This document shows positions 37,664 to 37,746 of a DNA stretch of 37,746 nt, piece after piece. Below the pieces are notes generated by a model that was given only the letters and a program-made list of their open reading frames with translations, did no database searches and was not told where the DNA came from. Source of the stretch: an uncultured Blautia sp. Lineage in GTDB: Bacteria; Bacillota; Clostridia; Lachnospirales; Lachnospiraceae. The first letter of the stretch is position 1. Each line of letters starts with the position of its first letter. The DNA lies in contig CAMNGN010000001.1 of NCBI GenBank assembly GCA_946538475.1, forward strand, positions 1 through 37,746, written 5' to 3'. The translations under genes and the position numbers were made by a program.

Positions 37664-37746
37664 CCCACCTGCCGCCACCCCACATTCCCGAATTCATCAT
37701 GCGCAAGAATATTCGTGTGGTCAAACCCGCAGGCCATCGCAGCCTC
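37654..37746 (-). CDS. 3' end of a convergent gene (partial); weakly resembles PHP-family phosphatase C-termini
   Basis: Open minus-strand frame EAAMACGFDHTNILAHDEFGNVGWRQVGLK then TAA (37656-37654). The product guess is weak. Confidence 0.5.
   Translation of the reverse strand, partial: EAAMACGFDHTNILAHDEFGNVGWRQVGLK

Overview
Chromosomal window from a Firmicute (Bacillota); gene content and order suggest a Lachnospiraceae-like clostridium (inference). Left to right: (1) the Tyr/Asp-rich tail of a cut-off gene, then hemW-uvrA-mreB-like-recD2-comF; (2) a ~21 kb co-directional block with two unknown membrane proteins, cdaA, cdaR, HPr, a GH25 muramidase and a surface-glycan locus (rffA/wecE, rmlC, wzm/wzt, methyltransferase, kinase-like coiled-coil protein, two double-GT2 proteins, three GT-C-like membrane proteins); (3) a stand-alone fucI divergent from an AraC regulator; (4) a VWA (YfbK-like) protein, ECF sigma factor and anti-sigma module; (5) NUDIX, hisC, a Cys-rich small protein and the 3' end of a convergent gene. 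I saw no rRNA, tRNA, CRISPR array, transposase or phage genes. Best leads: an AAEYDM motif shared at DNA level between the VWA protein and the anti-sigma; a split WbdD-like methyl/phosphate glycan chain terminator in a Gram-positive; a REP/REPIN-like palindrome family whose perfect 40-bp inverted repeat holds the Leu-Lys-stop ends of two convergent genes; and a three-hairpin intergenic element in the glycan operon. All product calls come from motif recognition by eye, not database searches.
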